Assembly (NCBI GenBank): GCA_001783565.1
Contig: MFMT01000023.1
Location: forward strand, 1-42,512
DNA length: 42,512 nt
Reading direction: 5' to 3'
Origin: Candidatus Kaiserbacteria bacterium RIFOXYD1_FULL_42_15
GTDB taxonomy: Bacteria; Patescibacteriota; Minisyncoccia; Phycocordibacterales; UBA918
The translations under genes and the position numbers were made by a program. The number at the start of each line of letters is the position of its first letter. Position 1 is the stretch's first letter. Below the pieces are notes generated by a model. The model was not told the origin of the DNA and did no database searches. It was given only the letters and a program-made list of their open reading frames with translations. Positions 1 through 8,199 of this stretch are shown here, piece after piece.

Positions 1-32
1 AACAATTTGCTATACTGTTAAAATCAAAATTT

Positions 33-263
33 ATGACAACCCAACCAAATAATCCACTTCATGGCATCACCCTAAAAGCGCAAGTTGAGGGATTGGTTGA
101 AAGATATGGTTGGGAGAAGCTCGGTCAACGAATCGCTATCAAATGTTTTATTGATAAACCTAGCATTTCATCGAGCTTAACTTTTCTCCGCAAAACCCCC
201 TGGGCAAGAACAAAAGTAGAACGCCTCTACCTACAAACCCGCAGCCCAAAGAAAAATAAATAA
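33..263 (+). CDS. small VF530/DUF2132-family protein
   Basis: 76-aa [27 protein letters not shown]...[13 protein letters not shown] matches my recollection of the DUF2132/VF530 four-helix family. -10-like boxes lie just upstream. Confidence 0.55.
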   Translation: MTTQPNNPLHGITLKAQVEGLVERYGWEKLGQRIAIKCFIDKPSISSSLTFLRKTPWARTKVERLYLQTRSPKKNK

Positions 264-301
264 TGGTTGATATACGGTGTTAGAAAATTAATTATAAATT
301 T

Positions 302-916
302 ATGACAAATATTATTGAGGTGGAGATGAGAGGGCCGATAGGCTTGTCCGACAAGCAACGAGTTTCTGAATTTCTTGGTAAGGAGGGTATTTTTAAGACA
401 AAGAAAGAAAGAGTCTTAATTGATTACTCAATGTTTTTACCAAATCAAGGTATTTCTCAAAGAACAAAGGACATCAGACTTCGGACGACTAACGGTGTGT
501 CAGAAATTGTAATTAAAACCGGCTCATGGGGAGGCAACGACCAAAGAAACGAATATAGTGCCAAAACTGAAAGTACTTTTGATAATTTAGTTCAGATATA
601 TAAGCTACTGGGTTATAGCAAGGGTATGTTGTGTGTGCGATACACTAACGTTTTTGAGTACAAAGGAATTGAAATAGCCATAGTGGAAGTTCCAAATCAT
701 AGTTATTACTTTGAGGCCGAGTTAGAACTTCAGCCTGGTGATGATGTTAATAAAGCGCAGGAAGAAATAAATACAGTATTAAAAGAATTGCAGCTGGAAT
801 CATTTTCTGATGAAGAATATTTCAAATATATCGAAACCCTGAATAAGGAAGTAAACACCGTTTTTGATGCCAATCTTGTAGAAAATGATTATTTTAGGAA
901 AAACTACAACGTCTAA
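302..916 (+). CDS. CYTH-domain protein (triphosphate tunnel metalloenzyme / class IV adenylyl cyclase-like)
   Basis: 204-aa ORF. It has an N-terminal ExExR strand (IIEVEMRG) and alternating charged beta-strand motifs (DIRLRT, EIVIKT, YYFEAELE) typical of CYTH. The family call is from memory only. Confidence 0.5.
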   Translation: MTNIIEVEMRGPIGLSDKQRVSEFLGKEGIFKTKKERVLIDYSMFLPNQGISQRTKDIRLRTTNGVSEIVIKTGSWGGNDQRNEYSAKTESTFDNLVQIYKLLGYSKGMLCVRYTNVFEYKGIEIAIVEVPNHSYYFEAELELQPGDDVNKAQEEINTVLKELQLESFSDEEYFKYIETLNKEVNTVFDANLVENDYFRKNYNV

Positions 917-1020
917 ACTTAAATTTAATTTAAACAAACCGGACACAAGCACAACTGGCGCTGGGTTTGTTTATTCGGTATCTTTCTAAATGGCACTATA
1001 TCTGCTAAGCTAGCGAAGAT

Positions 1021-2118
1021 ATGTCACTATCAGTCGGGATTGTTGGGTTACCAAATGTCGGGAAATCGACGCTTTTTAATGCCCTTACAAAAAACTCAGT
1101 GCCAATGGAGAATTATCCGTTTTGTACTATTGACCCAACTGTGGGGGTGGTAGCTGTACCTGATGGGCGGTTGGCTACTCTGGCCGGAATCTCTGGTACT
1201 GATACTATTATCCCAGCCATTGTGGAATTTGTTGATATTGCTGGACTCGTAAAGGGTGCTTCGGCTGGTGAAGGGCTGGGAAATAAATTCCTGGCCAATA
1301 TTCGTGAGACGGATATGATTTTGGAAGTGGTGCGTATTTTTGAGGATAGTGATATTCATCATGTCTCGGGACAGGTAGACCCACTCGGTGATATTGAGGT
1401 AATAAATCTAGAATTAATACTAGCTGACGCCGAGACAGTAGCCAAACGTTTGAATAATGTTGAACGTGACGCTAAGCGTGGAGACAAGGATGTAATTGTT
1501 GAGCGTGATGTTTTGGCACGAATGTTGCCACATCTCGAAGCTGGACAGCTGGCCAATCAGCTTGAAATGAACGAAGCGGAAGTCAAGGCGGTCAAGAGTA
1601 TTCACCTCCTGAGCATGAAGCCGTTTTTGTATATTTGCAATAAGAAAACTGATGCCTTTAATCTCGATGAACAAAATGACGATCGTTGGCAATCATTGCT
1701 TGAGTTTTTTGAAAACACTAATAGCGAATACGTGGTGGTTGACGCAGGGATGGAGCACGAGCTCAAGGATCTTTCTGACGATGAAAAAAATGAATTTCGT
1801 CGCGAATATGGAGCGCAGGATAGTGGGGTAGGGACACTTATTCGCGCTTGCTACGACCGTCTCGGATTGATGTCTTATTTTACCACTGGAGAAAAAGAGA
1901 CTCGCGCTTGGACAGTGCCTATCGGTAGTACCGGACCAAAGGCGGCCACCGCCATCCATACAGATTTTGAAAAGAAATATATTCGCGCTCAAGTAGTGAC
2001 GTTTGATGACTTGGCAGCCGCCGGTTCAAAAACTGTGGCCAAAGAGCAAGGCAAAATGCGTACTGAGGGTAAGGATTATATCGTAAAAGATGGTGATGTG
2101 ATTGAGTTTATGATTTAA
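1021..2118 (+). CDS. ychF: redox-regulated / ribosome-binding ATPase YchF (Obg-like)
   Basis: 365 aa, full length. It has the P-loop GIVGLPNVGKSTLFNALT and a C-terminal TGS-like end ...KDYIVKDGDVIEF. Confidence 0.93.
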   Translation: MSLSVGIVGLPNVGKSTLFNALTKNSVPMENYPFCTIDPTVGVVAVPDGRLATLAGISGTDTIIPAIVEFVDIAGLVKGASAGEGLGNKFLANIRETDMILEVVRIFEDSDIHHVSGQVDPLGDIEVINLELILADAETVAKRLNNVERDAKRGDKDVIVERDVLARMLPHLEAGQLANQLEMNEAEVKAVKSIHLLSMKPFLYICNKKTDAFNLDEQNDDRWQSLLEFFENTNSEYVVVDAGMEHELKDLSDDEKNEFRREYGAQDSGVGTLIRACYDRLGLMSYFTTGEKETRAWTVPIGSTGPKAATAIHTDFEKKYIRAQVVTFDDLAAAGSKTVAKEQGKMRTEGKDYIVKDGDVIEFMI

Positions 2119-2129
2119 GAATATGAAGA

Positions 2130-2312
2130 CGGACGACGTGGATTGCTCAGCTCTGACTCGCAAAGACGACGAAGACGGATGGTGTGGATTGCCGCGCTCC
2201 CGCTCGCAAAGACGGACGATGGTGGTTTATGTCGAGCGTTGACGTCTTTGCGAGTCATTACACCACAGTGGAATGACGTGGCAATCCATGACGGACGTGG
2301 ATTGCCACGTTC
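2130..2312. repeat. cluster A of the GTGGATTGC-N-CTCGCAAAGACG inverted-repeat family
   Basis: Units lie at 2138-2168 (+), 2184-2214 (+) and 2243-2289 (-, 47-nt long form), with a half unit at 2297-2306. The same module recurs at five other intergenic loci. Confidence 0.85.
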
Positions 2313-2462
2313 ATTTGTATTAGCATACAGATTTCACTCACTCGGTCATAAAAATAAAACTACACTACGTTACGTCTTATTTTTACGACACTCGTTCGTT
2401 CATCTGTAGGGGATGACGGGGCGATCTAGGGTGTCATAAATTACTTGTCACAAAAAATTTAA

Positions 2463-2481
2463 TTAGGGGTTAAACCCCTAA
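2463..2481. repeat. orphan REP-like hairpin TTAGGGGTTAAACCCCTAA
   Basis: It has the same core as the hairpins flanking the RAYT gene (30971-30997, 31635-31661). It lies 2 nt beyond the stop of the minus-strand gene 2484-2753 and is followed on the minus strand by a T run. Confidence 0.7.
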
Positions 2482-2483
2482 CT

Positions 2484-2753
2484 CTAGCTCCCCTCCATCG
2501 GAGGATTGGCGCGCTGGACTGGGCTAATGATTGTCGGCTTCCACTCTGCTGTTATTTCTGTATTTTCCTTTTCGTACTCTCTGATTTGATGGGTGAGGTA
2601 TTGTTGGAGACGTTTGGCGTGCTGTGGAGTGAGTGAATAGATTGTGCCTTGATTTCCTGAGCTGATACCCATCACGAAAAACTCTGGTGTGAAGGCGATG
2701 TTGATACTTTCGGCAAACAACTTCGGAGCATTTTTTAAGTCATCTGGTTTCAT
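2484..2753 (-). CDS. DUF3467-family protein
   Basis: 89-aa ORF. ...INIAFTPEFFVMGI...LTPQHAKRLQQYLTHQIREYEKE resembles DUF3467 as I recall it. It is one of only two clear minus-strand protein genes. Confidence 0.55.
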   Translation of the reverse strand: MKPDDLKNAPKLFAESINIAFTPEFFVMGISSGNQGTIYSLTPQHAKRLQQYLTHQIREYEKENTEITAEWKPTIISPVQRANPPMEGS

Positions 2754-2835
2754 ATCTATGCATTATAACGCTGAATGTCTAAATGTGATAATAAACAACA
2801 ACTTTACCTTGAAAACAGGAGTATAATATTAGTAT

Positions 2836-3735
2836 ATGGAAAAAAATACAGCCAAGCACTTTGTGCTACAACTCGGGTCACTTATTAGTTTATATTTATC
2901 TTTATCATTTTTAATCACACTTTTATTCGGAATAATTAATCTCACGTTCCCTAATGCCAGTGAGGGCTATTGGGTTATCGAGAGTGCCAGCAATAGCGTG
3001 CGTCTTGGTATTGCAATGGTGATAGTGTTTTTTCCAACTTACTTAGTACTAACCAGAGCGGTCAATCGCACCAGGCGCTCTGATACAGACCACGCTTATT
3101 TAGCACTAACCAAATGGCTAATTTATCTGTCACTCCTAGTCGGCGGTGGAATTTTGCTTGGTGATTTAGCTGTTGTCATTATGACTTTTCTTAATGGTGA
3201 CATAACCATGCGCTTTATCTTGAAGGCCGTCACTATGTTGGTTATCATCGGCTTCGCCTTTTACTACTACCTTCTAGACGCCCAGGGGTACTGGATAAAG
3301 AACGAGAAGAAATCAGTCGGGTATGGTGTTGTCGTTACAATCATTGTTTTGGCCGTAATTGTATTTGGATTTTTCCATATTGCCACGCCAGGCATGGTTG
3401 CTGCTATGAAATTGGATGAAAAACAAATTCAAGACTTGCAACAAATCCAATGGAAAATAGAATCAGTAATCACCACTACTTCAGCGCTACCGACAACTCT
3501 AGAAGATGCTTTCGCTGGGTTTGCCATACCAACAGCGCCGGCAGGGCGAGAAGATTATACTTACCAAGTAACTGATGTCGGGTTCCAACTTTGTGCCACT
3601 TTCTCGCAGGCCAGTGAGGGTCAAATGGGTGTAGATATTTACGCCAACCCAGTTGATTTAACTAGACCGGTTAAAAATGCCGACAGTTGGCAATACAAGG
3701 CCGGACGTTACTGCTTTGAACGAATCGTAAAGTAG
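2836..3735 (+). CDS. integral membrane protein, DUF5671-like N-terminal region
   Basis: 299 aa with about 5 predicted TM helices in the first 190 aa and a soluble C-terminal domain. TATAAT at 2822-2827 lies 8 nt before the ATG. Confidence 0.5.
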   Translation: MEKNTAKHFVLQLGSLISLYLSLSFLITLLFGIINLTFPNASEGYWVIESASNSVRLGIAMVIVFFPTYLVLTRAVNRTRRSDTDHAYLALTKWLIYLSLLVGGGILLGDLAVVIMTFLNGDITMRFILKAVTMLVIIGFAFYYYLLDAQGYWIKNEKKSVGYGVVVTIIVLAVIVFGFFHIATPGMVAAMKLDEKQIQDLQQIQWKIESVITTTSALPTTLEDAFAGFAIPTAPAGREDYTYQVTDVGFQLCATFSQASEGQMGVDIYANPVDLTRPVKNADSWQYKAGRYCFERIVK

Positions 3736-3752
3736 TATAATTTAGTCTGAGT

Positions 3753-3788
3753 GTTAAGGCCGGCGCATGGCGCCGGCCTTAACTTTTT
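3753..3788 (+). terminator. rho-independent terminator
   Basis: A perfect 13-14 bp GC-rich stem (G)TTAAGGCCGGCGC-ATG-GCGCCGGCCTTAA(C) is followed by TTTTT. Confidence 0.85.
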
Positions 3789-3856
3789 ACATAGCATAAA
3801 ACTCATGGCATACTAATGAATACATTATTTATTTTCCAGTAAGCGTTTGGCGGAAT

Positions 3857-6727
3857 ATGCATAAAAAAATCAATCACCAAGAAATTGAAGCAAAGTGGCA
3901 AAAGCAGTGGGCAAATAGCGCGATCTATCACACTACTGAAAATCCTGACAAACCAAAAACCTTCGTGCTCGACATGTTTCCTTATCCATCGGGAGAAGGT
4001 CTTCATGTTGGACATCCCAAAGGATATATTGCCACCGACATCTACTCTCGTTTCAAACGCATGACGGGACATGAAGTACTTCACCCAATGGGATGGGATG
4101 CTTTTGGCTTACCGGCCGAGAACTACGCCATCAAGAATAAAGTACATCCCCGAGTGGCAGTAGAAAAAAATGTTGCGCGCTTCAAGGAACAGCTTGGTGT
4201 TCTTGGTTTTGATTATGATTGGGATAGAGAAATAAATACTACCGACCCTGCCTACTATAAATGGACGCAGTGGATTTTTCTACAACTGTTTAAAAAGGGG
4301 TTGGCTTATGAGTCGTATGAACCTATCAACTGGTGCCCTGGTTGTCAGACAGGATTGGCAAACGAGGATCTCGAGAGTGATGGCACTTGTGAGCGTTGCG
4401 GTAGTGTAGTTGAAAAGAGACCGATGCGTCAGTGGGTATTAAAGATTCGTGAATATGCGGACCGAATGCTCGATGACCTAGACATGCTTGAGTGGCCAGA
4501 ACATATCAAAGAAGCTCAGCGTAATTGGATAGGCAGGTCAAAAGGAGCAGAGATAGATTTCAAACTTTTCTCACCTAGGACATCCGATGTCCTAGGTGAG
4601 AATGAAGAAATTGGCGAAGTTACAGTTTTTACGACTCGACCAGATACTCTCTACGGGGCGACTTATTTAGTGCTGGCTCCCGAACATCCATTTATAGAAA
4701 ATGAGATAGAGAAAATTGAAAATAGAAAAGAAGTGGATGATTACATTGCTAAAGCTAAACAAAAAAATGAACAAGATCGCCTTGATGCTACCAAAGAAAA
4801 GACTGGGGTGAAATTGGAAGGTGTTACAGCAATCAACCCAGGAAGTGGAGAAGAGATACCGGTATATATTGCGGATTATGTGCTCGCCAGTTATGGCACC
4901 GGCGCCATTATGGCTGTCCCAGCACATGATGAACGTGATTTTGAGTTTGCTACTAAATTCGGTGTTGAGATAAAGCAGGTGGTAGCACCATTCATTAAAG
5001 CTGATGGTGAGGACTCACCCAGAGATGGTCTTGAGACTTTAGAAAGACCCTGTATAGACATAATTATTGAGCATCCAAATAATGGTACTTTCTTAATACA
5101 GAAAGAAAAGGATGGGGATAGAAACCTTATACATTTTGTAGGAGGCGGTGTTGATGGAGAGGATGATATGACAGCTGTGACTAGAGAGCTCTTAGAGAAG
5201 ACAGGATTTTCCGAATTTGAATTTATGTCGAATAAACCAGTATTTACTACAAAATCCATTGGTTATCGTCATAGTAAGAACAAGAATCAGCAAGGCGTTA
5301 GTAATTTTTATCACATTAAACTAACTGGTCTGGGGCAGGTACGTTCGGAGATAGAAGATGGTAAACATACAGTTGAGTGGCTGACGAGAGAAGAGATTAC
5401 AAAACAAATAACCTGGGCCTGGCATGCAAGATCTTGGGCTGCCTTGAATGGAGAAATGGTATCCACCAATTTGGGAGTTTTAGTAAATTCTGGAGAATTT
5501 GACGGAATGAATTCAGAGGAAGCTAAGAAAGCTATCGTTGAAAAAGTTGGTGGGCGGATGACTAATACTTATAAAATTCGTGATTGGGTGTTTTCACGTC
5601 AGCGTTATTGGGGAGAGCCAATTCCGATTGTTCATTGTGAGAAATGTGGACCAGTAGCTGTTCCTGAAGATCAATTGCCAATAACTCTACCAGAAGTCGA
5701 ACGCTACGAGCCGGCTGGAGACGGACAGTCGCCACTCTCAACTATTCCCGACTGGGTCAACACCACTTGTCCGCAGTGTGGAGAAGCAGGCAAGCGCGAG
5801 ACCAACACAATGCCACAGTGGGCGGGCTCGTCTTGGTACTACCTACGCTACATGGATCCAAAAAATGACCGAGAGCTAGTATCAAAGGAACGTGAAAAAT
5901 ATTGGGCACCGGTTGATATTTACGTTGGCGGTGACCATGCCGTGCGCCACCTTATTTACGCGCGGTTCTGGCATAAATTCTTGTATGACATTGGTGTTGT
6001 ATCTACCGTAGAACCATTCCAACGACTCGAATTCCTTGGTTTTATTCTAGCTGAAGACGGACGAAAAATGAGTAAGCGGTGGGGAAATGTTATCAATCCT
6101 GACGACATTGTGGCGTTAGTGGGGGCAGACAGTTTGCGTGTCTATGAAATGTTCATGGGTCCGTTTGAAAATACTATCGCCTGGTCCAAAGACGGACTGG
6201 CGGGGGCCTGCCGTTTCTTGGAACGAGTTAATGGATTAAGTGCCCACCTGACTGACAATGAATCAGAATCAGTACAGAGACAACTTCATAAGACTATTAG
6301 GAAGGTGGTCGAAGATATTGAAAGCTTCAAATTCAACACGGCCGTCAGTGCCATGATGATATTTATTAATGAAGCGGAAAAGAATGGGTTGTCACAAAAG
6401 ACTTTTGAGCAATTCTTGCAAATTCTGGCACCATTTGCACCACACTTGACTGAGGAACTTTGGCAAGAACTCGGTCACAGCAACTCCATTCATCTGGAGT
6501 CGTTCCCTGTCGCAGACGAGGAATTAGCCAAGGACACAACAGTTGAGATTGGAGTTCAGATTAATGGCAAACTACGTGGCAGTATTGAGGTAGCTCCTGA
6601 TGCCCCGGAGAGTACTGTAACCGACATGGCCAAGGGCAATAGTGTAATCGCCAAGTACCTTGATCAGGCGGAGATTAAGAAAGTGGTCTACGTACCCGGA
6701 CGCATTCTTAATTTCATTATTAATTAG
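3857..6727 (+). CDS. leuS: leucine--tRNA ligase with an extra Nudix-like inserted domain
   Basis: 956 aa. It has the HIGH motif (HVGH), the CP1 editing motifs TTRPDT and GTGAIMAVPAHDERD, KMSKR, and WYYLRY. An extra ~140 aa lies between EFATKFGVEIKQVV and GVLVNSGEFDG. Confidence 0.95.
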   Translation: MHKKINHQEIEAKWQKQWANSAIYHTTENPDKPKTFVLDMFPYPSGEGLHVGHPKGYIATDIYSRFKRMTGHEVLHPMGWDAFGLPAENYAIKNKVHPRVAVEKNVARFKEQLGVLGFDYDWDREINTTDPAYYKWTQWIFLQLFKKGLAYESYEPINWCPGCQTGLANEDLESDGTCERCGSVVEKRPMRQWVLKIREYADRMLDDLDMLEWPEHIKEAQRNWIGRSKGAEIDFKLFSPRTSDVLGENEEIGEVTVFTTRPDTLYGATYLVLAPEHPFIENEIEKIENRKEVDDYIAKAKQKNEQDRLDATKEKTGVKLEGVTAINPGSGEEIPVYIADYVLASYGTGAIMAVPAHDERDFEFATKFGVEIKQVVAPFIKADGEDSPRDGLETLERPCIDIIIEHPNNGTFLIQKEKDGDRNLIHFVGGGVDGEDDMTAVTRELLEKTGFSEFEFMSNKPVFTTKSIGYRHSKNKNQQGVSNFYHIKLTGLGQVRSEIEDGKHTVEWLTREEITKQITWAWHARSWAALNGEMVSTNLGVLVNSGEFDGMNSEEAKKAIVEKVGGRMTNTYKIRDWVFSRQRYWGEPIPIVHCEKCGPVAVPEDQLPITLPEVERYEPAGDGQSPLSTIPDWVNTTCPQCGEAGKRETNTMPQWAGSSWYYLRYMDPKNDRELVSKEREKYWAPVDIYVGGDHAVRHLIYARFWHKFLYDIGVVSTVEPFQRLEFLGFILAEDGRKMSKRWGNVINPDDIVALVGADSLRVYEMFMGPFENTIAWSKDGLAGACRFLERVNGLSAHLTDNESESVQRQLHKTIRKVVEDIESFKFNTAVSAMMIFINEAEKNGLSQKTFEQFLQILAPFAPHLTEELWQELGHSNSIHLESFPVADEELAKDTTVEIGVQINGKLRGSIEVAPDAPESTVTDMAKGNSVIAKYLDQAEIKKVVYVPGRILNFIIN

Positions 6728-6760
6728 TTTGTTTGAATAAAGTACCTGTGCTAGTTAAAC

Positions 6761-6980
6761 GTGGATTGCCACGTCACTCCGCTATCGCTCCATTCCTCGC
6801 AAAGACGGCCAGCGTAGCTGACCGTCGACGACTAAAACTAAAGTTTTAGTCGTCTTTACGAGTGAAACGCAGCAATCCACGTCGTCGTCCCGTCTGTCTT
6901 TGCCTGCCTGCCCTGCATGCCATGCCTGCGCATGCAGGGCAGGCATGGCATGCAGGCGAGTGGCAACGAAGCAATTTACG
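6761..6980. repeat. cluster B of the GTGGATTGC-N-CTCGCAAAGACG family
   Basis: Units are 6761-6807 (+, long form) and 6851-6880 (-). A degenerate minus unit at 6891-6979 has a nested GC-rich palindrome. A perfect 12-bp hairpin lies at 6827-6854 between the first two units. Confidence 0.85.
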
Positions 6981-7093
6981 TTTGATTAACATTGGTGTCT
7001 ATAACTATGTTGACGTATATCAATTCGCATGATATAAATACACTCACGCATTGAGCTACAAAACTCACCCATAGATTAAATACCCTTAATATT

Positions 7094-8119
7094 ATGATTT
7101 CATTCAAACCAAAACAAGTTACAAAAAAATTGCTTTCAGCTCTACCTGAACGCGCTCGTGATGTTCTCACCAAACGCTATGGTCTTGGCCAAGATAATGA
7201 AACTTACACTCTTGAATCAATTGGTCAGACTTATGGAATCACTCGAGAACGAGTACGACAGATTGAAAACTATGGTATTGCCGCTATTCGTAAATCCGCC
7301 ATTTATACAGAAAATACGGCTATGTTTGAAGAATTACGTAGTCTTATTAAACAGCTAGGTAACGGTGTTGTGGCTGAAAAAGTTTTACTTGATTCCTTAA
7401 CTAAGGATGTTGTCATTCGTAATCACCTTTATTTTCTTTTGATAATTGGTGATGCCTTCTCTAAGGGTAAAGAAAACCCTCTCTATACTAGCCGTTGGTT
7501 TACAGAAAAGAAAATTGCTGAAATAGTTGAAAAAGCACTCAAGAATGTACATGGTACTCTCAATCGAGATGACTTAATTAGTGAGCAGGAAATTCTAAAT
7601 CGTTTTCGTAATGAATTGATTGAAATCGCCGATAAACAGGACGATGAAACATTAAAGCGATGGCTGATGATTTCCAAACAAATTGGTCAAAACCCTCTTG
7701 GAGACTGGGGTCCAGCTGATAGTCCCAACGTCCGAGTAAAGGGAATTCGTGATTATGCTTATTTAGCGGTGAAGCGACATGGATCGCCAATGCATTTCAA
7801 GGAGGTTTCGGTAGCCATTAGTGATTTATTTAACCATAATGCACATGTAGCTACCACTCACAATGAACTGATCAAAGATGCACGCTTTGTTCTAGTGGGA
7901 CGTGGTCTCTATGCTCTAACTGAATGGGGATATACCGCCGGAGTGGTTAAGGATGTTTTGCGTGAAATTTTGCAAGCTGAAGGACCGCTTTCTCGTGAAG
8001 AATTGATTGATAAAGTACGTAAGGAACGATATGTTAAAGACAACACTATTGTGGTAAATCTACAGGATGCCAATCTTTTCAAGCATTTAAGTAACGGTTC
8101 TTATACACTAGCTGAATAA
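7094..8119 (+). CDS. sigma-70 region-4-like HTH plus HARE-HTH domain protein
   Basis: 341 aa. The N-terminus LPERARDVLTKRYGL...TLESIGQTYGITRERVRQIENYGI resembles sigma70 region 4. A later segment (GSPMHFKEV...DARFVLVGRGLYALTEWGY) resembles the HARE-HTH/RpoE N-terminal domain. Confidence 0.55.
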   Translation: MISFKPKQVTKKLLSALPERARDVLTKRYGLGQDNETYTLESIGQTYGITRERVRQIENYGIAAIRKSAIYTENTAMFEELRSLIKQLGNGVVAEKVLLDSLTKDVVIRNHLYFLLIIGDAFSKGKENPLYTSRWFTEKKIAEIVEKALKNVHGTLNRDDLISEQEILNRFRNELIEIADKQDDETLKRWLMISKQIGQNPLGDWGPADSPNVRVKGIRDYAYLAVKRHGSPMHFKEVSVAISDLFNHNAHVATTHNELIKDARFVLVGRGLYALTEWGYTAGVVKDVLREILQAEGPLSREELIDKVRKERYVKDNTIVVNLQDANLFKHLSNGSYTLAE

Positions 8120-8199
8120 AATTTACAATTTTGAAAATAAATAGATTACAGTGGAACAACTCTCCACTGTATTTTGTTTTAATGTACAATAGTAAATAC

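Noticed and set aside
1096-1992. Antisense ORFs inside ychF. The same applies to antisense ORFs inside leuS (4667-5259), alaS (17486-19265), dnaK (28610-29809), dnaJ, aspS, scpA and the kinase.
   Set aside because: All lie fully within strongly supported sense genes, show low-complexity or Ser/Arg-rich translations, and have no recognisable motifs. They are typical shadow ORFs.
2143-2409. 88-aa + strand ORF covering repeat cluster A.
   Set aside because: It is made almost entirely of the GTGGATTGC/CTCGCAAAGACG units. The translation is R/L/A-rich and repeats the junk peptide seen at the other clusters. I treat it as a repeat artefact.
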